This document shows positions 9,653-18,996 of a stretch of 64,000 nt of DNA, in pieces (within the stretch, counting starts at the first letter, position 1; each line of letters starts with the position of its first letter). The stretch is from positions 12,381 through 76,380 of the forward strand of contig JACPLB010000004.1 of assembly GCA_016186705.1 (NCBI GenBank), in the 5' to 3' direction. Source of the DNA: Candidatus Kaiserbacteria bacterium (GTDB lineage Bacteria; Patescibacteriota; Minisyncoccia; Phycocordibacterales; JABMNX01). The notes under the pieces were generated by a model. That model saw only the letters and a list, made by a program, of their open reading frames with translations, did no database searches and was not told the origin of the DNA. Both the position numbers and the translations under genes were made by a program.

Positions 9653-12600
9653 TTATTCTTCGCGTCCGTTATCGTTTTTAAGTTCAATATCAAGAGAAAG
9701 CCCGCGCAAGTGTTTGAGAAGCACGCTAAACGACGCCGGTGTGTGCGGGTGACTGATGCGCTCCGCTTTCACAATCGAATCAAAAGCCGCGGAACGTCCG
9801 ATAATATCGTCTGATTTGATGGTGAGTATTTCCCGAAGCGTGTACGCAACGCCGTACCCGAGGAGCGCCCAGACTTCCATCTCACCGAACCGCTGTCCGC
9901 CAGCTTGCGCTTTTCCGCCAAGGGGCTGCTGCGTAATCAAGGAGTACGGACCGATGGAGCGCATGTGGATCTTGTCTTCAACCATATGGTGAAGTTTGAG
10001 AATATACATGTAGCCGACGGCAATATTCTGACTGAATGATTCCCCAGTACGGCCGTCATACAGTTTGATTTTTCCATCTTTACTGAAACCAGCACTCTCG
10101 AGTTCTTTTTCGATTTCTTCTCCCGTCGCGCCGGCAAATGGAGGGACAATCGCCTGGTACTTAAGCGTGTGCGCCGCAAGCCCGAGGTGCATTTCGAGAA
10201 TTTGCCCGAGGTTCATGCGGCTCGGAACGCCAAGCGGCGTGAGAATGACGTCAATCGGCTCCCCGTCTTCAGAATACGGCATGTCCGCTTCGGGCAAGAT
10301 GCGCGAAATGACTCCTTTGTTGCCGTGCCGCCCCGCCATTTTATCTCCGACTGATACGTTCCGCAGTTGCGCCACTTCAACATGGATGCGCTTAATGATG
10401 CCGGAATCAAGATCATCTCCATTGTCGCGTGAAAATACCTTTATACCGACGACACGACCGCGCTTGCCTCCCTCGACGCGAAGCGATGTGTCTTTCACAT
10501 CTTTCGCCTTCTCGCCGAAAATCGAACGCAAGAGGCGTTCTTCCGGGGTAAGTTGTGTTTCCCCTTTTGGCGTTACTTTCCCCACCAATATGTCTCCCGG
10601 ACGGACTTCCGCGCCGATGCGAACGATACCGTCTTCATCGAGATTTCTGAGTTTCGCTTCTCCAACGTTCGGTATGTCGTGCGTCGTTACCTCGGGACCG
10701 AGTTTCGTATCACGAACGCTCACGCTGAATTCCTCCACGTGGATGCTCGTAAACTTGCTGTCTTTCACCAACCGTTCAGAAATGATGATTGCGTCCTCGT
10801 AGTTCGCTCCCGACCATGACATGAAGGCGACTCGGACATTCTGCCCCAATGCGACTTGTCCTCGGTCGCTTGATGAATTATCCGCAAGGAGCGCCCCCTT
10901 TTTAACTTTGTCTCCGACAGAGACAGTTGGCCGATGATGAAAGACTGAAAAATCATTTGTCCGGAGGAAATTCACGAGCGGGTACTCTTTCTTCTCACCC
11001 TTGGTGTTTTTAACGATAATCTTTCGCGCATCAACATATGTTACTTCTCCGGCGTCTTTCGCAAAGACTAGCCTGCCGGAATCACGAGCGACATGTGTTT
11101 CAATGCCGGTCGCAACGAGAGGCGCCTGCGGAATGATGCACGGTGTCGCCTGTTTTTGCATGTTTGAGCCCATGAGTGCCCGGTTCGCGTCATCGTGCTC
11201 AAGAAACGGAATCATAGACGGCGCAATGGAGAACGCCTGATTTGTGGCAACGTCAATAAATTCAATTTCCTCGCGCGCTACCATTGTCGGCTCTCCAGCG
11301 ACACGAACCTCTACCGTCGCTTCGCGTATAACCCCGTTTTCATCATACGGTGTCGCGGCGTGCGCGATTTTCCGGCGTTCTTCTTCAAGGGCGTTGAGGT
11401 GCACGATTTCACCGGTAACCTTTCCATCTTTTACTTTCACATACGGAGTTTCAATAATTCCAAATTCGTTAATCCGCGCGTGTGTCGCGAGGTGAAGGAT
11501 AAGACCGATGTTCGGACCTTCCGGCGTATGAATCGGACAGAGACGCCCATAATGGCTCGGGTGTACGTCGCGCACTTCAAAGCCAGCGCGCTCGCGCGTC
11601 AGCCCTCCCGGTCCGAGCGCTGAAAGCGTTCGAAGATGTTCTATCTCGGAGAGAATATTCTGCTGTCCCATGAACTGGGAGAGCTGGTTTGTCGTAAAGA
11701 ATTCCTTGATTGCGGCCTGGAACGGACGAGGATTGATGAACTGTATTGGAAGCGTCGTTTCCGCCTCGACGGTGGACATGCGGTCTTGGATATTTCGCTT
11801 CATGCGAGACATACCAACCCGAATCTTCTGCTGAAGAAGCTCGCCGATATAGCGCACGCGGCGAAAACCGAGGTGGTCAATGTCGTCCGCAATCGCTCCT
11901 TGCGTGTTATTCAGCGTAATGATGTTTGAGACAATAAGCACGATATCGTCAAGCGAAATCGTGCGCCGTTCAAGCTCCCGCGCGTCAACCGACATGCCGA
12001 AGCGCTGGTTAAAATGCCGGCGGCCAACTTTTGAGAGGTCGTATCTTTCCTTACTGAAAATTGACGCAATGTGGTCTTTGGCATTCTGTGCTGTCGCCAA
12101 ATCCCCGTCTCGCAAACGTCTATGAATTTCTATAAACGCTCCGTCAACCGTTGTCGCAATATCTTTCCCAAGAGTGGTTTCGAGAACTTTCTTGGCGTTG
12201 GAGTTCTGTTTAAAAAGGTCGAACATGTCCTTGTCGAACGTCGCTCCCATGATGCGCAAGAGTGACGTGACTGGGAATTTTCGCTTGCGGTCAATTTTTA
12301 CATAAACAGCCCCATCAGCTTCGCTTTCAATCTCAACCCATGCCCCGCGAGCCGGTATAATCTTCGCGCCAAAATACTGTTTGCCCCGAAGCTCTTTTGT
12401 GCCGAAAAAGACGCCGAATGAGCGGGCGAGTTGAGGGACAATGACCCGCTCAACACCATTAATGATGAACGTGCCGTGGTCAGTCATCATGGGGAAATCA
12501 GCAAGGAAAATCTCCTGTTCTTTCGAACCGCCGATTGTTTTATTTTTTAACGTTACCGTTGCCCGAAGCGGCGCTTCATAGGTAAGCATATTTTTCTTGA

Positions 12601-12826
12601 CGATATACTCATTATGCTTCGGTTCGCCAAGCTCTATTTTTGAAAATTCAAGGTCGAATTTTTTTTCAGAATAATCCTTAATTGGTGAAAACTCTTTGAA
12701 AATTTCTTTAATGCCTTCTTTGACAAGCCACTCAAAAGAGCCAAGTTGCGCCTCGATAAAATGAGGGTATTCGACGGGCGATTCTTTGAATCGACCGAAT
12801 ACTTTCTTTTCTTGTTTGTGTAGCAT
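9653..12826 (-). CDS. rpoB: DNA-directed RNA polymerase subunit beta (RpoB)
   Basis: 1057-aa protein with canonical rpoB blocks (GEMEVWALLGYGVAYTLRE, rifampicin-cluster region); sits immediately upstream of rpoC. Confidence 0.95.
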   Translation of the reverse strand: MLHKQEKKVFGRFKESPVEYPHFIEAQLGSFEWLVKEGIKEIFKEFSPIKDYSEKKFDLEFSKIELGEPKHNEYIVKKNMLTYEAPLRATVTLKNKTIGGSKEQEIFLADFPMMTDHGTFIINGVERVIVPQLARSFGVFFGTKELRGKQYFGAKIIPARGAWVEIESEADGAVYVKIDRKRKFPVTSLLRIMGATFDKDMFDLFKQNSNAKKVLETTLGKDIATTVDGAFIEIHRRLRDGDLATAQNAKDHIASIFSKERYDLSKVGRRHFNQRFGMSVDARELERRTISLDDIVLIVSNIITLNNTQGAIADDIDHLGFRRVRYIGELLQQKIRVGMSRMKRNIQDRMSTVEAETTLPIQFINPRPFQAAIKEFFTTNQLSQFMGQQNILSEIEHLRTLSALGPGGLTRERAGFEVRDVHPSHYGRLCPIHTPEGPNIGLILHLATHARINEFGIIETPYVKVKDGKVTGEIVHLNALEEERRKIAHAATPYDENGVIREATVEVRVAGEPTMVAREEIEFIDVATNQAFSIAPSMIPFLEHDDANRALMGSNMQKQATPCIIPQAPLVATGIETHVARDSGRLVFAKDAGEVTYVDARKIIVKNTKGEKKEYPLVNFLRTNDFSVFHHRPTVSVGDKVKKGALLADNSSSDRGQVALGQNVRVAFMSWSGANYEDAIIISERLVKDSKFTSIHVEEFSVSVRDTKLGPEVTTHDIPNVGEAKLRNLDEDGIVRIGAEVRPGDILVGKVTPKGETQLTPEERLLRSIFGEKAKDVKDTSLRVEGGKRGRVVGIKVFSRDNGDDLDSGIIKRIHVEVAQLRNVSVGDKMAGRHGNKGVISRILPEADMPYSEDGEPIDVILTPLGVPSRMNLGQILEMHLGLAAHTLKYQAIVPPFAGATGEEIEKELESAGFSKDGKIKLYDGRTGESFSQNIAVGYMYILKLHHMVEDKIHMRSIGPYSLITQQPLGGKAQAGGQRFGEMEVWALLGYGVAYTLREILTIKSDDIIGRSAAFDSIVKAERISHPHTPASFSVLLKHLRGLSLDIELKNDNGREE

Positions 12827-13094
12827 TGGAAAAAAGAAATTACAACACGAAGATAGACTTCATCGCTGAAGTTTATCTCGATGACGCAGACAATGTATTA
12901 AGTTGAACTATAAAACATGCGTACTAATATGCCCTTAGTACTTAGTACGACACTTATTGTATGAAAACGGGCTTCCGTTACTCAATCTTTCGGTACAAAG
13001 TATCCAAACAAGTGTACGCGAAAGGACGTTTATTGTCAAGAACCCTCCTATGTATACCTGTGTATATCAAATTGTCCGGACTTTTTTCAAATAC

Positions 13095-13739
13095 CTATGA
13101 GGATTTTTTCTTTTTCCACTCCTCAATATTCTTATGATGCCCCGAAAGCAGTACTTTCGGAACGCGATACTTCTTTCTTTTATGCACAAACACTTCGGGA
13201 CGCGTGTACACTTCCCTTCCGCTTACGCGCTCTTCCTCAAGCGACTCGAATGTGCCGAGCACTCCGGGAATCTGGCGAGATATCACGTCAATGAGAACCG
13301 CCGCGGGCAACTCCCCGCCGGTAAGCACGTACGGCCCGATTGAAATACTCTTTGCCTTCAGGATGCGCGCCACCCGCGCATCAATGCCCTCATAGTGTCC
13401 GCACAAAAAGACAATGTGCCTGTATTTCTTCGCGTATGCCCGCGCCCGCGCATTGGTAAATAAGTTACCTCCAGGAGAAAAGAAGATAACAAGGGCGTCC
13501 TTCTTTCCCCGGAGCGCATTTTCCGCCGCTTTTAAGAGCGATTCCGCTTCAAGCACCATTCCCGGACCCCCGCCGTACGGTTTTCGGTCAACGCGGCGAT
13601 GCTTATCCTTGGTGAAATCTCGTGGATTATAGAAAGTCACCGATATTTTCTTATCCCGCCGAGCCCGTCCGATAATTGAGGAATTTATGTACGCCTCAAT
13701 GCTTTCGGGAAAAAGTGTGATGATGTGAAAATGAGTCAT
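13095..13739 (-). CDS. trmD: tRNA (guanine37-N1)-methyltransferase TrmD
   Basis: MTHFHIITLFPE..., SPOUT-fold motifs (YGGGPGMV, FLCGHYEGID), in an rpsP/KH/trmD neighbourhood. Confidence 0.9.
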   Translation of the reverse strand: MTHFHIITLFPESIEAYINSSIIGRARRDKKISVTFYNPRDFTKDKHRRVDRKPYGGGPGMVLEAESLLKAAENALRGKKDALVIFFSPGGNLFTNARARAYAKKYRHIVFLCGHYEGIDARVARILKAKSISIGPYVLTGGELPAAVLIDVISRQIPGVLGTFESLEEERVSGREVYTRPEVFVHKRKKYRVPKVLLSGHHKNIEEWKKKKSS

Positions 13740-13846
13740 TGATCAGGGTTTAGTCTGTAGCTGTTAGCTTATAGAAAAATGATAAAACGCACAACATCGC
13801 GGAAAACCGCGAAGTTGTGAACTAAACCTTAACGTTCAGGGTTACC

Positions 13847-14170
13847 TTACAGCTTCAAATTTTCCATCACCTCATCAACTGATTTTGTTGTGTCGCGCGA
13901 AGACGCATCTCGCCTGCCTTCTCCTCCCGCCGGTTCATTTATTTTAAGATTGACACGGGCGTCATTCTTCATGCCGACGACGCGAAGGAGCGTGCGGATT
14001 GCCTTTGCGGTGTTACCCGAGCGTCCGATGATTTTTCCCATGTCATCCGGATGTACGTCGAGCGTCAAAAGCACCCCCATCTCGTCAACGACGCGATTAA
14101 TTTTTACGTTGTCAGGATTATCGACGAGCATCTTCACAACATACTCCAGAAATTCTCTGTCTCGTTCCAT
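13847..14170 (-). CDS. KH-domain RNA-binding protein (YlqC/KhpA-like, UPF0109)
   Basis: KIIGRSGNTAKAIRTL GxxG KH motif; small (107 aa); lies between rpsP and trmD as in many bacteria. Confidence 0.75.
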   Translation of the reverse strand: MERDREFLEYVVKMLVDNPDNVKINRVVDEMGVLLTLDVHPDDMGKIIGRSGNTAKAIRTLLRVVGMKNDARVNLKINEPAGGEGRRDASSRDTTKSVDEVMENLKL

Positions 14171-14330
14171 ACGTCTGTACCGCTAGTCTGTTAATACATC
14201 TCGAACGGGAAGTCCGATATGCCATCTTCTACTATGTGAAAATAAAATTACTCCGTCAACCCCCGTGAATGGAGAGCTTTTGTGGAGAAGGTGCGGAAAA
14301 CCGTACAAGTTAAAAGTACCCGCAGAATGT

Positions 14331-14783
14331 TTATTTTTTCACCTCTTTCTCTTTTTCAGCTGTTTGAATACTTTCCCGTGGAGACTCCGCGGTCTCTACC
14401 GGTTTTTGTTCTTTCTCTGAAACGCTTTCCGTCGAAGCGGCCACCGTAGATGTTTCTGCCATTTCTCCGGCTTTTATTACCGTTTTCGCCATATCATTCC
14501 CCTTCACAACGGGGGACTTCCGAGGCAGAACATTGATTTTCTTTCCTTCAATAATCTTTTGGCTTACCAAGAGATTGTGAACCGTATCGGATACCTGAGC
14601 ACCTTTCCCCATCCAATGCACAATACGCTCGCCTTCAAGTGAAAGGGTATTGAGGCGCGGATTGTAATTGCCGAGTACTTCAATGGATTTTCCTGCCTGT
14701 GGCCCGCGTGCATGTTCCGTAACGATAACGCGGTACGATGGGTCATTCTTCCGCCCGATTCGTGCCAGTCTGATTTTTAACAT
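14331..14783 (-). CDS. rpsP: 30S ribosomal protein S16, with a C-terminal low-complexity extension
   Basis: MLKIRLARIGRKNDPSYRVIV matches the S16 N-terminus. The ATG at 14783 was verified; the ORF track began 12 codons upstream. Confidence 0.9.
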   Translation of the reverse strand: MLKIRLARIGRKNDPSYRVIVTEHARGPQAGKSIEVLGNYNPRLNTLSLEGERIVHWMGKGAQVSDTVHNLLVSQKIIEGKKINVLPRKSPVVKGNDMAKTVIKAGEMAETSTVAASTESVSEKEQKPVETAESPRESIQTAEKEKEVKK

Positions 14784-14854
14784 GAGCATAAATGTACCAG
14801 AACTCCGCTGTAGCGTCAATAAAGCGTCACCGTGCTATACTCTCTCCTACATTC

Positions 14855-16825
14855 ATGAAGGCAAAAAAGGGAAGCGAACCGAAAAAAAAGAGACACGAGC
14901 GGACGCGAACGGAAGGAATTATCAGCGTTACTTCGCGCGGAGTGGGATATCTCCCCGTTGAGGGGTTTGAGGAGGATATTGAAATCCCGAGAGAACTTCT
15001 CAATACGGCTCTCAATCGGGATACCGTTGAGGTGCTCATTCATCCAAAACGACAGGGGGTGCGAGCGCAAGGAGAAGTTGTGCGCGTCATCTCGCGCGCA
15101 CGCACGGAGTTTGTCGGAGTGCTCAAAGAAGAAAACGGTTTTTACTATCTTGTCCCCGACGACCGGCGCATGTACGCTGACATCCTGATACCGAAAACGG
15201 CAGAGGACTCCGAGAAACGTACCTCTGGAGACGTAAAAGTATTGGTTCGTCTGGTTAAATGGGACGACCCTCGAAAAGACCCTGAAGGGAAAATCCTCAA
15301 GGTTATCGGAAAAAAAGGCGAACACGAGACGGAAATGCAGGCAATCGTCCTTGCGCACAATTTTGACACTGACTTTCCGACGGAAGTTGAAAAAGAAGCC
15401 GAACAGATTAAAAAACAGAAAATAGTGAGTGCGGAAGAAGCCGCGAAACGAAGAGATATGCGCGCCGTCACAACGTTTACCATAGACCCCGCGAACGCGA
15501 AAGATTTTGACGATGCCCTTTCGATACGGAGCATCGATGAGAACACGACAGAAGTCGGCATTCACATCGCTGACGTTACACATTATGTTCGCCCGAGAAG
15601 CGCGATTGATAAAGAGGCACAGGAGCGCGGCACGTCCATTTACCTTGTTGACCGCACCATTCAAATGCTTCCGGAAGCACTCTCAAACGACGTGTGCAGT
15701 CTTAACCCAAATGAAGACAAGCTCACATTTTCAGCGATTTTTGAGCTTGATAGAGACGGCACTGTGAAAAAACGCTGGTTTGGACGAACCGTCATCAATT
15801 CTAACAAGCGTTTCACCTATGAAGAGGCGCAAAAATCGCTTGACTTGGGAAATGGGCCATTTTCGAATGAATTAAAGATTCTTGAAGTCCTCGCGCGGAA
15901 ACTCCGCGGAAAGCGGTTCAGAGAGGGGTCTATCGCCTTTGAAACGGATGAGGTGGTGTTTGAACTTGACGAGCGCAACAGACCGACCGGCGTCAAGGTA
16001 AAAGAGCGGCTTGAGACGATGCTTTTGATTGAGGATTTCATGCTCCTCGCGAATCGCGAGGTTGCAAAATTTTTGTACGACCACTCTACAAAACATGGCG
16101 TTCGCGACACAGTCCTGATTTACCGTATCCATGATGTACCCGATGAAGATAAAATCGAAGAGCTTGCCGTATTTCTGCGCGCCATAGGGTACGATTTGAA
16201 AGTCCGTAAGGGCATGGTGGACTCAAAAGACATCAACCGCCTCCTTAAGGACATCAAGGGAAAACCGGAAGAGCGCCTTATTCAGACCGCGACCATTCGT
16301 TCAATGGCAAAGGCGATTTATTCAACGAAAAATATCGGGCATTTTTCACTTTCCTTCCGATACTACACTCACTTTACTTCCCCCATCAGGCGCTATCCGG
16401 ACATGATGGTGCATCGTATTCTGGGAAGCCATCTCGATAACTCAAAAATACCGGAGTCCGAGCTTAACGTATACCGGCGGCTCGCGATTGAATCATCCCA
16501 ACGCGAAGTTGAAGCGGCTTCGGCAGAGCGTGATTCAATAAAATACAAGCAGGTGGAGTACATGAAGAACCATATCGGTGAAGTATTTGACGGTGTCATT
16601 ACCGGAGTTACGGATTTCGGCGTGTTTGTGGAAGAAACAAAAACAAAAGCCGAGGGTATGATTCGCTTGCGTGATTTGGCGGACGATTATTATATGTTTG
16701 AGAAAAAGAAATACGCGCTCGTGGGGAAAAAAAAGAAAAAGGTCTATCAGCTTGGTGATACGTTGAAAATAAAGCTCATTGAAGCAAACCTCGACCAGAA
16801 GACCATTACTTGGAAACCTGCATAA
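14855..16825 (+). CDS. rnr: Ribonuclease R (RNB-family 3'-5' exoribonuclease with C-terminal S1 domain)
   Basis: N-terminal cold-shock-like region, RNB domain (...IDPANAKDFDDALS...), C-terminal S1 (GEVFDGVITGVTDFGVFVE). The ATG at 14855 is preferred because the start at 14792 would lie 8 nt from the divergent rpsP start. Confidence 0.85.
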   Translation: MKAKKGSEPKKKRHERTRTEGIISVTSRGVGYLPVEGFEEDIEIPRELLNTALNRDTVEVLIHPKRQGVRAQGEVVRVISRARTEFVGVLKEENGFYYLVPDDRRMYADILIPKTAEDSEKRTSGDVKVLVRLVKWDDPRKDPEGKILKVIGKKGEHETEMQAIVLAHNFDTDFPTEVEKEAEQIKKQKIVSAEEAAKRRDMRAVTTFTIDPANAKDFDDALSIRSIDENTTEVGIHIADVTHYVRPRSAIDKEAQERGTSIYLVDRTIQMLPEALSNDVCSLNPNEDKLTFSAIFELDRDGTVKKRWFGRTVINSNKRFTYEEAQKSLDLGNGPFSNELKILEVLARKLRGKRFREGSIAFETDEVVFELDERNRPTGVKVKERLETMLLIEDFMLLANREVAKFLYDHSTKHGVRDTVLIYRIHDVPDEDKIEELAVFLRAIGYDLKVRKGMVDSKDINRLLKDIKGKPEERLIQTATIRSMAKAIYSTKNIGHFSLSFRYYTHFTSPIRRYPDMMVHRILGSHLDNSKIPESELNVYRRLAIESSQREVEAASAERDSIKYKQVEYMKNHIGEVFDGVITGVTDFGVFVEETKTKAEGMIRLRDLADDYYMFEKKKYALVGKKKKKVYQLGDTLKIKLIEANLDQKTITWKPA

Positions 16826-16938
16826 AACAGCTTTTAGTTTTTAGGTTCTAGCTTTTAGGGTACGCTCCGACCCATCAAGTCCATCTGCGTCAAATAATAC
16901 TGCTTTGTAATTCCCGTCTTTCATAGCACTTCTGTTGC

Positions 16939-17385
16939 TTATTGACCAGCCCGCAGGAAATCTATTAATTTACGAGTTCCTTCTCGCGGGTATACATTTT
17001 CCATTTTTTTAATCTCATTCAGTCCAAGCCAGACAATATGATACTGATTTTGCTCGTTCATTCTTTCTTTTTCGGGACCACTTATCTCTGGAATACCAGA
17101 GTGTGCCTCAATCAAGAAGTAGTGTTCATCTCGATTCCCTTTGTGGGTAGTAATATGAGAAGGAATACTAAGATTTTTTATAGAGAAAATGAACTTATAC
17201 TTTATAACATCCAGATTCAATTCCTCCTTTACCTCTCTTGCAAGGGCCATTTCTACTTCTTCTCCCTCGTCAGCTCCTCCGCCAGGAAATATATAATAAT
17301 CCCGGTCTGGTTTTATACGCCTTATCAACAAGATTTTGTCGCCTTGCAAAATCACTGCTGAAGCTCTCTGTCTTCTACTTTCCAT
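16939..17385 (-). CDS. NUDIX hydrolase
   Basis: Nudix box GGGADEGEEVEMALAREVKEELNL (Gx5Ex7REUxEExGU); 148 aa. Confidence 0.8.
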   Translation of the reverse strand: MESRRQRASAVILQGDKILLIRRIKPDRDYYIFPGGGADEGEEVEMALAREVKEELNLDVIKYKFIFSIKNLSIPSHITTHKGNRDEHYFLIEAHSGIPEISGPEKERMNEQNQYHIVWLGLNEIKKMENVYPREGTRKLIDFLRAGQ

Positions 17386-17392
17386 GGCACTT

Positions 17393-17962
17393 CTACGCCT
17401 TTTTACCTATCCTATGCAACTTTCTATCTTCTAATTTCCTGCACTCTCTATTTATTCTTCTTTCATTTTCATCTAAGCTCGATAAACCATATTTCTTTCT
17501 TCTCTTATCTACATTTCTTTTATTTTTGATTGGGAATGACTTAAATTCTTCTTTTTCGCTCTTTCTGGTAAATTGTGTTCCGAAAACTTGTGGTTTCTTC
17601 TCATGAACTAAAATTCTGTCAGTTAAATAAGCGATATCGGCCGGGTTTATTTCTTTTTTATCCTTTTTGTATATTTCGTTTAGCGTCGCTAAAACTTTTT
17701 TCTGAAACCTCAAATCGTGATCTGCGTGCTGAATTAGAAGCCAAGCTCCATGAGATGCTTTCTTGCCTACTAAAGATATCATCGGAAAACCATATTGTTT
17801 CATAACTCTTTTTAGCCACGTCGTATTCCTCTTATCAACTCTCTTGTCCCATCTAACTTTTCCAGCAATAAATCGTTTCCGCATCATTTGATCTATTCTG
17901 ACTCGCCCTAAAATATCTCTTGCTAATTTTTTGTTAATCATTGTTCTTATGACCCATGACAC
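17393..17962 (-). CDS. Hypothetical basic protein (unknown function) between two NUDIX genes
   Basis: 189-aa ORF, Lys/Arg-rich, central conserved-looking block ...GKKASHGAWLLIQHADHDLRFQKK... The family is not recognised; it lies in AT-rich DNA. Confidence 0.4.
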   Translation of the reverse strand: MSWVIRTMINKKLARDILGRVRIDQMMRKRFIAGKVRWDKRVDKRNTTWLKRVMKQYGFPMISLVGKKASHGAWLLIQHADHDLRFQKKVLATLNEIYKKDKKEINPADIAYLTDRILVHEKKPQVFGTQFTRKSEKEEFKSFPIKNKRNVDKRRKKYGLSSLDENERRINRECRKLEDRKLHRIGKKA

Positions 17963-17965
17963 TTC

Positions 17966-18409
17966 TTATTCTTCTTTCTGTTTCCATACAGATATAACGT
18001 TTTTAGCATACTCAGAAATTTGCGGTAAGTCATTTGAAGGAAACCACATGGCTTCTAAAATTTCACCTTTATCTATCTCGAACTTTTCATTCTCACTTCT
18101 GGCTTTAAAAACTGTGACTCGGTCTCGTTTATATTCACTCGTGGTTAAAAACTCACCAATCCGATTCAACTCTTCAACATTAATTCCAACTTCCTCTTTA
18201 ACTTCCCTTTTTATTGCATCTTCTAAAGTTTCTCCTGTGTGAATTCCCCCTCCGGGAAATGTCCAGAATTTGTGACCATACGTGTTCCTGATCATTAAAA
18301 TTTTACTATTGTGTTGTATGACACATTTCACTCCTCTGGTTTTTGGACGAAAGATAAACCAGTATAAGCGCTGAATGGGGTTGACGAGTTTATATATTAT
18401 CTTTTTCAT
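17966..18409 (-). CDS. NUDIX hydrolase (second copy)
   Basis: Nudix box GGGIHTGETLEDAIKREVKEEVGI; 147 aa. Confidence 0.8.
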   Translation of the reverse strand: MKKIIYKLVNPIQRLYWFIFRPKTRGVKCVIQHNSKILMIRNTYGHKFWTFPGGGIHTGETLEDAIKREVKEEVGINVEELNRIGEFLTTSEYKRDRVTVFKARSENEKFEIDKGEILEAMWFPSNDLPQISEYAKNVISVWKQKEE

Positions 18410-18995
18410 AATTTGTTACATTCTGGACTAATTCTGGAAATTCCTCCCCAAGAAAATGTCCCCGGTCTGAAAATTCAACGACTTTTGCGCTCGGCAAGGA
18501 TACTTTATACTTCCCTGCCGCAGAAAACGGCACAACGTCGTCATCGTGAGAGTGGTAGATAACAATGTCTTTTGTTTGTTTTTCAATATTTGATAAGTCT
18601 TTCGGTAACTCAAACCAACCTGGTTCCCCGAAACAGCCAGCGACAAGATGAAGCGAGAGAATGCGACGAGGAAATGTGTTCTCCGAAAGATATTTCGCAA
18701 GAAAGTTTGCGCCAAGCGAGTGTCCTATTAAAACAACTTCATTGTCAAAAAACTGGAAATGTCGCTCAAACCATATTTTCCATTCGTTGTATTTCGCGTT
18801 TTGTTTTGACGGCATCTGGATGGAGAGTACCTGAAAATCGTCGCCGAGCCGCTCGGAGAGAGTTTTCGACCAACGCTTCGGCGCTTCTCCGCGCGGGTCG
18901 ACGATGACATCGGTCGTCTTAAGGTACGTCAGGTACTCTTCGTAGGTGCTCCACCCTTCTCCGCCGTGTATGTAAATAACCTGAAGTTTATTCAT
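18390..18995 (-). CDS. Alpha/beta-fold serine hydrolase (YdeN-like)
   Basis: MNKLQVIYIHGG..., nucleophile elbow GHSLGA, Asp/His downstream (HSHDDDVVP, GHF). The ATG at 18995 was verified. The 3' end overlaps the second NUDIX gene by 20 nt. Confidence 0.7.
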   Translation of the reverse strand: MNKLQVIYIHGGEGWSTYEEYLTYLKTTDVIVDPRGEAPKRWSKTLSERLGDDFQVLSIQMPSKQNAKYNEWKIWFERHFQFFDNEVVLIGHSLGANFLAKYLSENTFPRRILSLHLVAGCFGEPGWFELPKDLSNIEKQTKDIVIYHSHDDDVVPFSAAGKYKVSLPSAKVVEFSDRGHFLGEEFPELVQNVTNYEKDNI

Positions 18996-18996
18996 T

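Noticed and set aside
14816-15664. 282-aa antisense ORF inside rnr
   Set aside because: Shadow ORF. The rnr frame has RNB and S1 motifs.
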